From positions 310,001 to 374,000 of the forward strand of contig MU058451.1 in assembly GCA_013265495.1 (NCBI GenBank): DNA of 64,000 nt, read 5' to 3'. This DNA is from Vicugna vicugna (taxonomy: Eukaryota). Below the pieces are notes generated by a model, which searched no databases, was not told where the DNA came from, and saw only the letters and a program-made list of their open reading frames with translations. The position numbers and the translations under genes were made by a program. This document shows positions 27,271 through 41,029 of this stretch, piece by piece. Every line of letters begins with the position of its first letter. Position 1 is the stretch's first letter.

Positions 27271-29689
27271 ATCTCCTGTTTTTTTATTTGCATCAACAGA
27301 GGAATATGGTGAAAGGATTTATGAATGCCAATAGCAAAAAGAAAGAACCTACAGTCATGGAAAAAAATCAGACACAAGTTTTTAAACTTTGGACAAGTCT
27401 GAAGCCACACAGTATAGAACCAAAAAGCTGAACACAGCTTAACAAAAATTCATATGCAGTCACAAGAAAAGGATAAATTATGTTTATGTAATCTTAGAAG
27501 GTGTGAAGGCATATAATAACTTACGAAAAGTTACCAGTTGATGTGGTTAAATAAAATAAAAGCAATTCTAACACCTAAGGGTTGGTTATCTTCAGTTACC
27601 TGGAAAAGGCAGTTATGCAAAGTGAACAGATAAGAAATTAATCATTTCTTATTAATTTCAAGTAATTTCCTCTCCTAAATAAAAACTGTCAGTTTGATTT
27701 AAAGCCTCTCATACTCCCTTTTACTTAAGAACAGTCAACAGAGAAGATGTTCTAACACTAAGGAGGGGTTTATTTAATCCCAAATTGCTCATAATAGCAT
27801 AGCTTTTAATTATAAAATGCAAATGCCATGTTTAAATTACAACTATAGCAAAGGTGTTACAGTTTTAACATATTATTTTCTGGATTTTTTTCTTATAATA
27901 ATGGTCAAAAGTAAAATTATTATTTCTTATAAATTGTCTCTGCACAGAGAGCTTTCTCACTAAAACAAAACAAAACAGAATCTAACTTTTACCAACCAAT
28001 GCAATGCCAGAGCGCTAAGGTAAAAAGCTTACCTAACACAATACAGTTCAGCACATAAGTAATTGCAAAAGATCATTTCAATCTTCAAACTTTTACTACA
28101 GCTTTTACAAATTCTATTTGAATTCAAATTTGAATTTGAATTTGAATTCTAATTCAAAATTCTAGTTTGCTCATAAAAAGCTACTAAAAATGTAAAACTA
28201 ATTTGAAAAACTACTACAACTGTATAAATTAAATACAGAGACGTTTTCCTTTTTACAGTTCTCTTCAGCTCACCAAGAAAATTTATGCCTAAAAGTAACT
28301 GAGATAATCCTTCTTTAAGCTAATATGTCCAAAATTATTGCTATGTATTAATTTGTGTCAACTTTTCAAAAGCGTAACACTTTGATGTTATTTTTATATC
28401 TACATTTTTTTCTGGCACTGAACTGCTATCACTGGAGCAACCAAAGCAAAACTCAGGATTTATCCAAGTTCATTTTAAGCTAGGCTTTAATTTTCATTTA
28501 AGCTTTATCGTTCAATGCCTACATTTAAATTTTCTAAAACAAACCTCATATTCCATAAGGCAGCAGTCAAATATATTGTTAGCAAAATCATTAAGATGTC
28601 ATAGTCCCAGGAAAGGCAGTATGGAAGAATGCATTTTCAAAAAAAAAATGCATTTTCACACACAGAAACAAGTTATAGTTTTAAACAATAAACCTTAAGT
28701 TACATCATGACACGAATAGAGATGCTAAAAAGATAGGACTGCAAAGTCCCTTTAAGGCCAACAGGATTTGCTTTTATATTCATGTTACGTGAATTCTTTC
28801 ATTAAGGTTTCAAAAAACAACATTTATGAAAAGCAGTTACTATGTGATGATGGAAGCCATTTTAAGACTTAGAAATCAACTTTTGCTAAAAGCACAAATA
28901 TATAGTAAACAGTAACTGGAATTCAAAGGGGCTGGGGATGAGTCCAACACAACTACTTGTAGCTGAAACTGGACCAAAAAAATCTCCAAAATTTTTTAGA
29001 TCTCTAGGAATTAAAAAAAACATTAAAAGCTAGTCACATGTTTTCAATTAAAAGAACACAACTATACTTGCACCTGAGCAGATTATCGATGCTAGGTTTA
29101 AGTCTACTGCCTAGTAAAAATTTAAATGGCTAGATTTGTAAGCAGGTTGAAAACTAACACTCAATAATTAAAAAGAAAACCACCTACACTTGAATACATT
29201 CCACAGTCCCACAATCCACAACATGATTGCGTCTATTTCAAGAATGCTAGTCCCAACTAATTCCTAATTCTAAATGTAAAAAATGAGTCTTCCTCTGTGG
29301 AAGTTGATAGAAAATTCTACCAAAATCCCCTTTGACTGCTTTAGTCATAAGTTTTGTTGTTGTTTACTAGTTTTGCGGGAAGGGTGACGGGTACTTTAAA
29401 AAAAAAAAGTGTAATATGATTACGGTATATGACATAAGATATACTGGTATTTAAATAGATTTTAACAGCAAATTTAATGCTTCAAACTAATTTTTTTTTC
29501 TGTTTTAAATAACTCACAGGTGACCAATGCTTGCTTATTACTATAGTCTATTTAATCTTTAAAGATCAAACTCCAGGAGTCCATAGTTCAGAGAAACACA
29601 TGCTTTACAAAACCTGGGATGTGGCTGCTTAACACAGAGAAAAGTAATAAGCACTAAAATCATCACACACCGGCAATGGGAAATGAATA

Positions 29690-29895
29690 TTCTTTTTCAT
29701 AGAGTACAGTGCCTTTATTTCAGTCCTTACCTCAAGTCATCAAAACAGTCCTGAAAGGTAAATATTATTACCTTCGTTTCACAAAGCAATGGAGGAAACT
29801 GAGTTTCAATAACTTGCTTGAGGTCTCACTGCTAGTGGCAGAGCAAAGATTCAAACCTAAGATTTCACATTCCAAAGGCCATCTTCCTTTCACTG
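29690..29895 (-). mobile_element. MIR SINE
   Basis: ggaggaaactgagtttcaataacttgcttgaggtctcactgctagtggcagagcaaagattcaaacctaag. Confidence 0.8.
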
Positions 29896-30699
29896 TCCCT
29901 TTACCCACTGCAGCCGATGGCTGTAGCATTCATCAAGGAGCTGGCAGGACCAGTCTTCTCCAGCTGCTTGCAAGGCATGTTGAAAGACTGGGCTTTTTTT
30001 ATTCGCTAATGTGAATGAATTAAAAGACTCAAAAGCAAATTGAACAAAGTCAAGAATAATGAGGCGTGCACTAGGATGTCGATGTGTATCCCAGGGCGCT
30101 GGTGCTGTAAAATCCCCGTGGCTGAATCCGACCCAGATTGTCCTCAGCTCTGTGCTGTTGCTGGAGCAGAAGGGTCTCCTGGACCCTTGGGGGATAGGTG
30201 TGAAGCAGTAAACTCTGCTTTGTCCTCGGCGCTGGCCTGAGAGCAGCCGTTTCCCTTATGACCTGTATAGCTAGGTTCTTTCACACACTGCCAGGCCATG
30301 TGAATGTCCACCTGCAGCAAAAAGTTTACATGAGATTTGAAAATATCATAGCCCGTTTCTGAAGGGCCTGCAGTTTACCAGTGTGCCATGGCATGGAGGT
30401 GGGAGATCCGCTGGCCTGGGCCCTTCTGTGGATGCAGCCAACCAAACAGGAACGCTGATGGGGAGCACTCTCTGCCCTCGTCATTTTGGCGATCCTGAAG
30501 GCCACCAGGCCCCCTTGCTCAAGCCAAGGTCCTTCAGCCAGGCCGTTTCACAACAACGCTCTTGCCTGACCAATACAGCACGCCTATTTTCTAAGAGTGG
30601 GTACTACTGGTCAGTTACCCTGTCGTGCAATAAATGCTCTGTACATAAACATGCTTATTAATTGTGAATTTCACTACTTCCTTCTTTTCACCATTTCCT

Positions 30700-31610
30700 C
30701 TATTTCATGTCAGTCCTCTCTCTGTTTCTGCTGTAACTAGCCCCATCCAGCTCCTCATGATCCCACCATGCAGTAACCTCTTCACGAACCAGTCTTTAAA
30801 ATCCCTTCTATACACTGCTGCCTAACTGACCTTTAAAATCGGTTTTTCACTTCAGTTTCTTGCAATGGCTCTACATAGTGAACCGAATCAATTTTTAACA
30901 CCTTTGCCTAAATTTTAATGCCCAGTTTGTATTCTCCCTATTTATTTATCCAACCTAATTTCCTACTTCAGACGGACACCAAAGAACCAAATCTGCCTCT
31001 ACAATTAAACAACCACAAATCAGACCAAGTAAGTCCTCCTGCTTCCTAACCCTACGTCTGTCTGCTTGCAAGACCTTTGAGGGTGTCGAAACATCTCAGA
31101 CCCACATCAGAAACTTCCAACAGTTCCCCTGCTGCTTATGTAAATTCAAACTCTTTCAATAAGACCTTGGGAATTCTTCATGATCTGGCCTCAAAATATC
31201 TTTCCTGTCTTCTAACTACAACCAGCGGGCATCCTGTTCTGCAGTGTCACAGCGCTCTTACGCTCATTCGGCAGCGGTCACCCTGCTCCCCCCCCCCATG
31301 TCTGTCTGCGTCACGGTGCTCAAGTTGGATTCATAGCCCCGTTATCTCTACCTATTAACACCCTCCCCATCTCTCAAGGTTCTGCTCCTACTTCACGATC
31401 CTTCCTTGATATCATTTCTGAGCTAATATTAGATCACCCTAGGTGGTTTTTCCACAAAACTTTTTTTATATTGCATATCTGACTCTGTCTTGTATTTCGG
31501 TTATATTGGCCCACACATCCTATCTTCTCTTTTAGAGCATGAAACTCTTAAGGGCAGGGGGCTCTGGCCTGATCTTGACATCAATCCTACTAACTCATAG
31601 CACAGGACCT
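30700..31610 (+). mobile_element. LINE-2 fragments (two degenerate segments)
   Basis: cccttctatacactgctgcc...ttgcaatggctct; aaattcaaactctttcaataagaccttgg...; agcatgaaactcttaagggcagggg. Confidence 0.55.
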
Positions 31611-32089
31611 TTCTTAAAATACCTGTTATAATGAATACCAATAAATGGGATGTATTTGGATCCCTGGCAGAAACCATCAATACTCTACCTGGTAGATGTG
31701 GTGAGAAATAAAATATAAGCAAAATGACGAAAAAAAATAAAAAGTTAAAACTTTTAAAAACAGAGGCTGCTAACAGCACTACATATATCTCTCCCTAAGT
31801 AAACCATGGTCATTTTCCCAGCCACGCTGAACGTGGTCCAGCCACTCCTGTCTCCAAGAGCCCTACACACACACTGCCCCCCCACCTGATACTCGCTTTC
31901 TCCAACATTCACACTAAGCTATTTTCCTGTGAGACATACACACTCGCACCATAACGTTCCCTAGAAAGAAAGCAGGGCTGAGCCCGGTGCTCTCGCTGGC
32001 AGAGCCAGCGGCTACCCGTCAGTGCCTGTCAAGGAAAACACGACACTAAAACAGCTGAACAGCCTTTCCACTAAATCTGAAAGGCTTGT

Positions 32090-32320
32090 TGTTGTTTTAA
32101 TTGTGGTAAAATACACATAAGATAAATTTACCATCTCAACCATTTTTACCCGCACAGTTCAACGGCTGTAAGTGCATTCATGCTGCTGTACAACCAGCCT
32201 CTAGAACTCTCTTCTCCTTGCAAAACTGAAACCCTAGTCATCAAACAGTAACTCCCCACTTCCTTTCCTCACTGCCCCCTGCCCCCGACAGTTACCACTC
32301 TGTCTCTATGAATTTAATGA
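32090..32320 (-). mobile_element. L1 (L1MA/MB-like) 3' end
   Basis: ttttaattgtggtaaaatacacataagataaatttaccatctcaaccattttt...cttgcaaaactgaaaccct...ctgtctctatgaattt. Confidence 0.88.
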
Positions 32321-34940
32321 CAGTAACTTCCAAGGTACAATTGATAAAAGGTCCTAGGTTTCTTCTCTCTCAAACAAAATTACAGATTTTGGGGGGAATG
32401 ATGCTAGGATTTGAAGTTTTTTTTTTAATTTGTGCTTATCTTTAGTACAGAACTCAATAATATACCTGAAATGTCATATGAAACAGTGTCACCTACAGAA
32501 GAACCAACCTTTTCTAAATGACTTGTCTGTTCTGACAAACTAATGGCAGTCAAAGTAAGTTCCTTATAGTTTTAAAATTAAAAATATTTGAATTTTTTTT
32601 CATTAACCACAATAATGCAGTCATTCTCAGGATGTTAAAAATTAATGTAATAGAAGCAAAACAACAAAAAACCCTCCAACAGTCCCTTTGGGCTTGTAGA
32701 AAAATCAGAGCTTCTATTAGTTAACTTTTGTTAAGTCAGTTTTGCAGATCTAGTTTTCAGAAAATTCCAAACAATGCTATAAATTATTTCCCTCAAAGTT
32801 TAAAACTTGCAAATAGTGCTTTATGCTCTTCCCAGTGCTTATACCAATTCAAGTAAACTTTCTTTCATGTTGAGACATTTTTAGCTGAATACTGCACTAT
32901 CACTACTTTGCAGGAAACCTAAATAAGTTGGCTTTTCTCTGATTCTACACCTACAAGTATAGTTTTTATTTAATCATCCTAACACTAATCTAACATAATT
33001 GCTAGATTCTCACATGCTGAATTACTGCCAACCTTATAACATTCTGGAAAACATGAGATACTGCAGGTGTGCCAGGACACACACATAGTAATATTAATAC
33101 ATTATTATTTCATTCTATTTGTTGTTTTTTTTAAAGATAGGTTTCTCCCTATCCCACAACTTAAAACATATTTTTGTCCCTTTGCAGTTACTTGCAGACA
33201 CACCCCACATAGTTAGAAACATCTTCTGGAATACTGTTTAGCTAAGCAGCAACATTCATGTAAGGTAGATTCTAAATATGCTTTTTAACACATACGAAAT
33301 ATAAGTAATGTCACTGGATAAAGTACATGAAGATAGTATTTCAGAAATAGCTGCCTATGAGCCATTAACCATTAACTTATATTCTATTTCACTACAGGCA
33401 CTGAGCAGAAAAGGTAAATATTTAATATCCTCTTATGGTCAATAAATCTGAATTATTTCAGCAGCCTCTGCAAATACATTAGCAAATGCCTCTGGTTATA
33501 ATCCCACAGGTTAGTAAGCAATATTCAGAGCACAAAGTGACTAGTAGAATTGTAGTTTATACTCAATGCCTCAAATCACATTTTCCTTTAAAATTTATGT
33601 TTTCATAAATAAATCAGTGTGAAGTCTCTACTTATACCCTTTCTGGTCCTTATCTTTCTGCCATGCATAACACACTTCTAGAATGTCACCAATAACTTAA
33701 ATAATGGATGGATCTTTCCATACCATCACTATCCCAAAGATAATCCCAAAACTCAAGAATCAGTGATGATTTATGCTGGCACATTAATATGGGTGACCGA
33801 GCTGAAATGCTGAGGACAAAAGACTCCATCTTCTTTTTCATTAAGAATCTGAATCTTACTGAAGCTTTCATTTGAATTTAGGGTTAAGAAAAAGCGAAAG
33901 AACACAGTTAATATGAGTTTTACAAGAGAAAATTATCTTTCTAGAAAAATGTCTTTCAAATCCCCATTTTAGGACTGGCTGTTTGGAACCTGGGACACTC
34001 TCTCTTATGAGCAATGCTATAAGTGGTTATCAGGTCCTCAGACTAGCAACAAAAGCCTTTTTAATCCATATATTCTAGTTTATATTTATAGTTCTGTAAA
34101 AGCTAACTGGCATGAATAAAAACATTCCAATAAGAAAATTCAGACTCCCCATTGGGGGTGTCAGGAAGCCCCTACCCTCCAGCTCGCTGCAGTGGACAGA
34201 GCCCAGGACCAGCCTGTCCACCACTGGACAGAAGGGGAGAAGGCTGTGTCTCCCACTGAGTGGACAGGGGTCCCCGCAGGGCCAGACGGGAGGCACGCTG
34301 GAGATGGAGGAGATGGTCTAGGGAAGATGAAGGGGCAGGAAGTGGCGGGGAAGGTGAGAGGGTGGCTCAAGACCAGGATGAGGACTGGGCACTTTGAGCT
34401 TGAGGGAAGACAGCCATAGCCAAGGATGATGAGTGCAACAGAGCTCACCAGCCTGGGGCCTCTTCAACTCACCTCACCTCTGCCCAGAACGTCACTCCTC
34501 CTCTGGCCGGCTACAGAACAGAACGTAGCCTCTCTATGTCCTCCTTAACAATAAACCCTCTGGATCTCTAAGAATTTTTACTGCTAATAACAACAACAAG
34601 AGTGGTAAGTGGGCCCTCTTATGCCCTGATCAGTGGTGCATCCTTTCTGGAGGCAAAGGAGACTCCATTCCAGGAACTGGGAGAAGCTGGGCGTGGAGGG
34701 AAGATGCTAGCTGCTCTCTGGACCAAGGCAGAGTTAAGTGGGAACGAGGGGAGAAAAGGTTCCAGCAGCGGGTGACAGATCAGGGGAGCGAACTTCCAAA
34801 CTGTAGGAAGCTGCACAAAACACATCTAGCTTATGTAAATCAGGGCCTGCTCATTAGCAAAACTTCAACTATTCAAAAGACAAAACGGAGTTCTAAATAG
34901 TATTATAAAAAATAAACACTTAACTGTCTCAAAAAGACAG

Positions 34941-35083
34941 TTTATTTCATGTAAAATGTGTCTCAAGTGTAGTTAATGTTAACATATTCCTTTCTAACTG
35001 CTGATGCCAAAGCTGCAGTTTTCTAGTAAATTACAGCGGCCGAGATAATCGAGCAATTTGCCGTCCAAGTTCTTCAGTCACAC
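34941..35083 (-). other. Candidate alternative terminal exon: phase-1 reading x-VTEELGRQIARLSRPL-stop (35083-35031), then short 3' UTR and AATAAA (34946-34941)
   Basis: Acceptor cttaactgtttccag. Four CpGs are retained within the short ORF in a CpG-poor background. TAA, then AATAAA about 85 nt later, then a GT/T-rich downstream element. Confidence 0.5.
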
Positions 35084-36679
35084 CTGGAAACAGTTAAGCC
35101 TGTCATGCCCTGTATGTTAATAGTTAGGAAGCAGAGCCTGTAGATTAACCACATCTGAAAAGTTAAATTATCATTTCATACAACTCCAAAGGATCACAAA
35201 TAATGCAATCTGGTTACTCCCCAGGGGTAAAAAGGCAATGTGTGACATATGGAGATCTGGGGATAAATAATTACTCCAAATCACAGACAGTTTTTCCAAA
35301 GAATTTGTAAATGTGCCATGCATGGTTTATAAATTTTTTCTCTGCTCAGAAGTTGTCTTCAAATTTAGGAATGGGATTTTTCGGCCGGATAAAATTTCAA
35401 AGCATTTTGTAAGAAGTATACTTGGATTAACAGCACATGCACCCAACTAGTACCCTAATGGGTACTTTTTTCTCTCTACAAGGGCAGACAGGGGGCTACA
35501 AAAACCAGTCAGCACAAAAACAATGAACAGTAGCAGTTTGATAGCAACCAAAACCTTGACTTACAGAAATACACATAGTGCTTGGACCCATTCTAAGTAT
35601 CCTGTAAAATCCTATTAAAATGATGAATCACTCATAATTTAGATTTGTTTTAAACTAATCTGAACTCCTAAACTCCTAAATGCAGCACAAGCATTAAATC
35701 CCTCTCACAAAGGATCTAAGATAAATGTCAACTTACTTTGCATAGTATTTGCTGCTACTACTCTCCAAATCACACATTATTTTTTATTATTAATATTTAC
35801 CAGGACTCAAAAGAGATCTCCAACACCCTCAAAAATTTTTAAGTGAGGCCAAAAACTCCAGGTGATTTGCCTAAGGTCAAACACTGCCAAAGGATGGAGA
35901 AAAAGTAACTTCCAGTTCACACAGCCAGCGAGCAGCAGCAGAGCCCCTGGGATGAACAGGGAGTGAGAAGCAGGGCTCCACGTCCAACAATCCTCTCCCC
36001 ACACCAACTGCAGCTCCCACCCCATCCCCACTGCTCTCATCCAAATACACAGAACTGCAGTGCTTGCTGCCTTTTCATGAAATGACACTTCCTTCTAAGA
36101 GAGTTACCTTTACTACGGGGAATGAGAATCCGTGCTGCTGTCTATACACGAAATTATCAACTTATCTGTGCTCATACACAGAACATATTTGGTTTGTTGT
36201 GACATTTTGAGATGTACAGAAATATACTGATGGAATCCTAACTGTAATCATTTAATAATAAAATGTTTAGTCAGGAGTAGAACATTTTACGTGTATCTCC
36301 TTCTCCAAAGCTGCCAAGATCCTGCTTTCCTGGCCCTCGCTCTGGCCACACCACTGCACCTGCCATTCTGACCTGTTCAATGACTTTTTAATAACTGTTT
36401 ACAGCCACTGGGCGTAAATATCAAAGTGCTTGCTAAACATTAATTACTTCTCCTTCTCCTAGTATCTCTATTTACAGAGATAAGCAAACCGAGACTCAGA
36501 TCAGGCCTGTGTCTGCACAGAGGGCAGCAGTTTTACATTGCTACAGCTTGAAATTCTGACTACTGTTGAAATGATTATCAATCTGAACATAAGCTGCCTG
36601 CTTTTTTTCCTTTAAAAAGATTAACTCCATCATAAGAAATTATGTTCTTTTGCAAAATAAGGAACTTTGTTTACTATAT

Positions 36680-36810
36680 GTCTACATCCAAAAGCCTCAC
36701 TGGACTAGAAGCACCAAGCAGGCAGCTCCTGGGTCTGCATTATTCACCACAGCCCTGCTGGTTGCTCACCCAGTGCCTAGATCATACTGAGAACTCAGAA
36801 CAGATCTTTG
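36680..36810 (+). mobile_element. LINE-2 3' end fragment
   Basis: cactggactagaagcaccaagcaggcag...tattcaccacagccc...cccagtgcctagatcatactgagaactcag. Confidence 0.55.
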
Positions 36811-37609
36811 GATGGCAGAGGGAGTCAGGAGTGGGCACTACAGGAAAAGACGAGGCTGACGAGTCCACCTCTGTACTCAAGATGATACAATGAACATAAA
36901 CTGAATTTTTAAAAATGGTAGCAAATTAATGCTAAATCTAATTTTCCTATGTACGTCTGTTCACTGTATTCCCAAATCTTTTATCATGATGGAATTTCAT
37001 AAGCTTAATTTGCTGACAGGCTAATGGACAGGTTAACTATGATTTTTCAGCTACAAAAACATGATTTTCATCTTTCCCAATACCTCTCATGTAAAATATA
37101 CTGGCAGATTCACATTAAATTGTACTAAATGGTTTTCTTTAGTATGAATAAAATTTAATTTCTTCTTTTTAAACATCTTGATTCTATAGATTAAGAAATA
37201 ATACAAAGTGTGATATACTGCCTACATCCATAATAAATTCACATACAGTAACTTTTATCTTAAAATTTAAAATACCATCATTTCAACCACTCACGAATGA
37301 TACTTTACTCATCTTTTACTTAAAAGAAATAAGCGAATATCTAGCCTTGTTACTAGATGAGAAACCAATCAAGGTCACTATGGCGGTGCCTCTGGACTCA
37401 CTTCCCGCAGGGCTTCATCCCGCTACAGAGCCCGCACCTGTGAGGAAGCACCAGTCACAGAGGAGCGCGACTCAGACACTCGTAGCTCTATCTCTAGAAA
37501 GGCTACCTTAACGGCACTTCTGTATTGTTAATTCACACTGGAGGAGTTAAACATCTTAGGAAGACAGTGTAAGAGGTTTCACTGAAGGAAACTATAAACA
37601 ACTGTAATC

Positions 37610-38790
37610 ATTTAATCATTTTCAATCGGTATTTGCTGAGTGTGCTAACACCTGCATCAATGAAAAAGAAAAAGCAGAGTCAGAAGTGGTTCTTACCCAC
37701 TAGGAGCTTAAAATCTAGTAGGAGATATTGTGCAAGGACCCACATGGCCACAATACAAAGCAAGAGAAGTGCCCTGGAAACAACAAAGAGAAGCCTTCTG
37801 CAGGGCACCACAGCTAGTGGGGAACGTGCCAGATCGCCCTTGACACACTTCCCTTCTATAAGCGGAGATGAGGGAGAGGGTGCTCACTGGAGAGCAAACA
37901 GCTAAATAAAAACTCAAGAATGCAGAACAGAGGTGGGACACTCAGGCCCAAATACAATATGGGTGAGGCAGGAAGGGAGACAAACCAGGGAAGGAATGTT
38001 GGGGCACTACTGCAGGAGGACCCAGAAAGCTAAGGGGCTTGGACCTAGTCGAGAAGGCGGTGGGCAGAACCAAGGCACCTGAGGCTACAGAGTGGTCTGA
38101 CCACTGTGCAGGCTGAACCCTGAGTCAGTGTGGAAGATAAACGGGACTCAGCCAAAAGGACAGGCGGGTGTTACAATCATCCGGGTACCAAGCACTGAGG
38201 GTCTGAGTGCAGGTGGTGACGGAAGGAATCATGGGGTTATCACGTTGTATGACACCGTGAGGGTAGGCTGCACAGAGCTTGCAAGAAAGAGTCAAAGCAA
38301 CTGGTGTTTTGAGCCTGGATGAGTAGCAGTGCCAATTAACAGAAACCAGGCAACCTGGAGGGAGAACTGGTCTGGGTGGAGGGAAGTCAGGAGTTTCACT
38401 CTGGTTGTGCTGCAGGGAAGGTGTAAGCAAGACACCCAGGGAGAAATGCCAAGCAAGCAGTTACAGCTTAGAAGAAAGGTCAGGCTCAGGTTGTAAATTT
38501 GGGAGCCATCTAATAAAGGCGATGGCAAAAAGCTTGGATTGGATGAGATCACTCATAAAAAGGGCATACTGGCAGAGGAGGGGGAAAAGTTTGAAAATTC
38601 CTACCTGCGGGGCATGGAGGGAAAAGGGGAAGAAAAGCTAGCAATGGATCGCAGTATTGGCCAGAGACATGGAAGAACTGAAGCCAAGCTCAGTTCAGTT
38701 CAATAGGAGTTAGTGGGGCGCGTCCCATGTGAGCATTAGACGAGAGGTAAAATGATGAATAAACAGTGAAGTCCCTACTTTAAAAATGTG
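37610..38790 (-). mobile_element. LINE-2 (long degenerate segment)
   Basis: tcattttcaatcggtatttgctgagtg...gagcttaaaatctagtaggag...gagcctggatgagtagcagtgccaattaacagaa...gaaaggtcaggctcaggttgtaaatttgggagccatc...ggatgagatcac. Confidence 0.75.
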
Positions 38791-38819
38791 ATGTCAAGAA
38801 AATCAAGACAAAAAAAAAA

Positions 38820-39230
38820 ACATTGCAAAAAGAACTCTGGAGGACATAATTATAGCTACAGATATAGCAGAGACTTTTAATTATCATAAAAGAAAACAAT
38901 GAGCAGTTCTGTCAATAGCTGAAAATAGCACAGAATGGATAACATTCTAGAAAAATACGCATTATCAAACTTGCCTCAAGAATAAATTGAAAGCCTGTAA
39001 TAACCATTAAAGATGGATTTTTACCTGATATCCCTTAAGATACAAAATAAGCAAAACCATATGATCATATCACTAATGCAAATTAAAAAGAAAATATAAA
39101 CTACTGGCAACGGGGACTTCCGTGACCTGATAAAGGCCACCCCGAGGCCGGCCATCACTCTGGGTGGTCTCCAGTCAGGACAATGCCACATCCCAAATTT
39201 TAACAGGAAAAGTGACTGCATGTGCAGTCA
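38820..39230 (+). mobile_element. Highly decayed L1 ORF2 fragment
   Basis: gaatggataacattctagaaaaatac...aaaaccatatgatcatatcactaatgca...gacctgataaagg. Confidence 0.6.
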
Positions 39231-41029
39231 GGTCAGCATTTCATTCAATCCTGAATTCCATCTGATACTAAGGAAAACCTTCATGTCATTTTTGAAAAGG
39301 AAAAACTAGATTCTAACCATCTCAAATTTTCTTTAATATTCTATTTTGTGTATATCATCTGTGAATCTAATTTTCATGATTTTTTTTCAATCTGTACTCC
39401 ATCGTGGTGGTACTAATTTCCACAAGTTTACTCTCTAACGTACAAGAGCTCTTCATTATCCTAAAACTGACTCATAAAATTCCTAGAAGCACTCTTACCC
39501 CACCCTCAATTCTAGCATGATGGAATTTGAGGAATTTATCCAAGATCCCATTTTATAATAACCTCAATTATATCCTCCTCCTTCCTCGGTATTAATGCTG
39601 TAAGGAATAAATATTTATAGTATACTGCGGTAAGTCCAGATACTTCATTATTTTTAATTAACAGAACAACATATAGCATTTATCTTGGGTGTGTATAAAG
39701 CATATATTTTGTACAATGGCAAGACAACATGCTGTTCCCACACTCTTCCAAAGAATGCCTAGCTTATTACTGACATATTATTGATGTTCTTAGCACAGTA
39801 TCTACAGAGAATCTTCTACCACAGCAGATAGATTCTTATCCTGGTCTTAAGTAAATTCAGGACTCCTCAGTTAATAAATGTAATTCATACGATTTTCCCC
39901 TAAACAGACCACTGAACAGTATCCCACACTTCCCTCACTCATAATCTGCAATTAGGTTTTGTTCCTGGAGTATTTCATTACTCAAAAAAAGGTCAAAATT
40001 GACTGTACATGCCCCTCTTTACACAATTTATAAAAATAGAAAATGAGGTTAGTACTAGCACCACCAATTCCCTGGAAAACCATAAAATATTTGGGGAAAA
40101 AAAACTTTCTCCTCTAGAGAAGTGACAGTTCACAACCAACATTCACTTCCTGTTTCCAGGCCAATGTGACTTCATGAATAAACACTTCTCCGTCTTACAG
40201 GAACACAAAACATTTTATTCCTTTTGGATTAGAACCTGTAAAGTTTTTATAAAGCTTACATAAATCATCTTTTCTATTTCTCTCTCACCAACATACTCCA
40301 ATAATCCCCTAAAATAACTCCAGTTTACCAATCAGGCAGGCTTTTCTTTTGTAAAACCAGATTCAGTAATATTTTTGTTTCAAATGCCAGAATATTAGAA
40401 TACAGCAAGAATAGCTGATATGTGCTTTTCTGTGACTCCTCTACAAACCTTCTTATAATGAGACCTACACTGACAACCTATCTTTATAGTAACATAATTG
40501 GTATAAAGGGTAAGAGGTTATGCATTCTAGCCAACAACTCCATAACTCATTTGTTTTCTCGAAACTATTGAGTGAACGACTGTTATCAAGTGACTGACTG
40601 CATTTGTTTGCTAATTAAGCCAAGAATATTCTATTCTTTCAACAGTTATGTTGGCTTTTAAATTTTAAACAAAATTTTAGATAAAGATTCCATCTAAACC
40701 CATGCCTATTTTTCATCCCTGGGTATGTAATTTACACATGAACATCAATCAGTTCCAAACATTACTAATGAATCTTTACCTGGGTTTTTTCACTTGAGAG
40801 GGTTTATTTGGGTTCATTTTTAATCTTTACAAGTAACTCTTTGATTTGATTTTGGCCCACTTAATTTCTAATTCACATCTTGCACATTACTCTTTCTTAA
40901 TTAGGCAGTTTTTTTCTTTTTTTGTTTTTTTTTTTTTATAGAAAGCTATCTTCTATAATCAGGGCTTCTAATTTTTCAAAAGGTCATGAGGAATTTCTAC
41001 CCTAGCATGTGATCCAAATAATAATCTAT

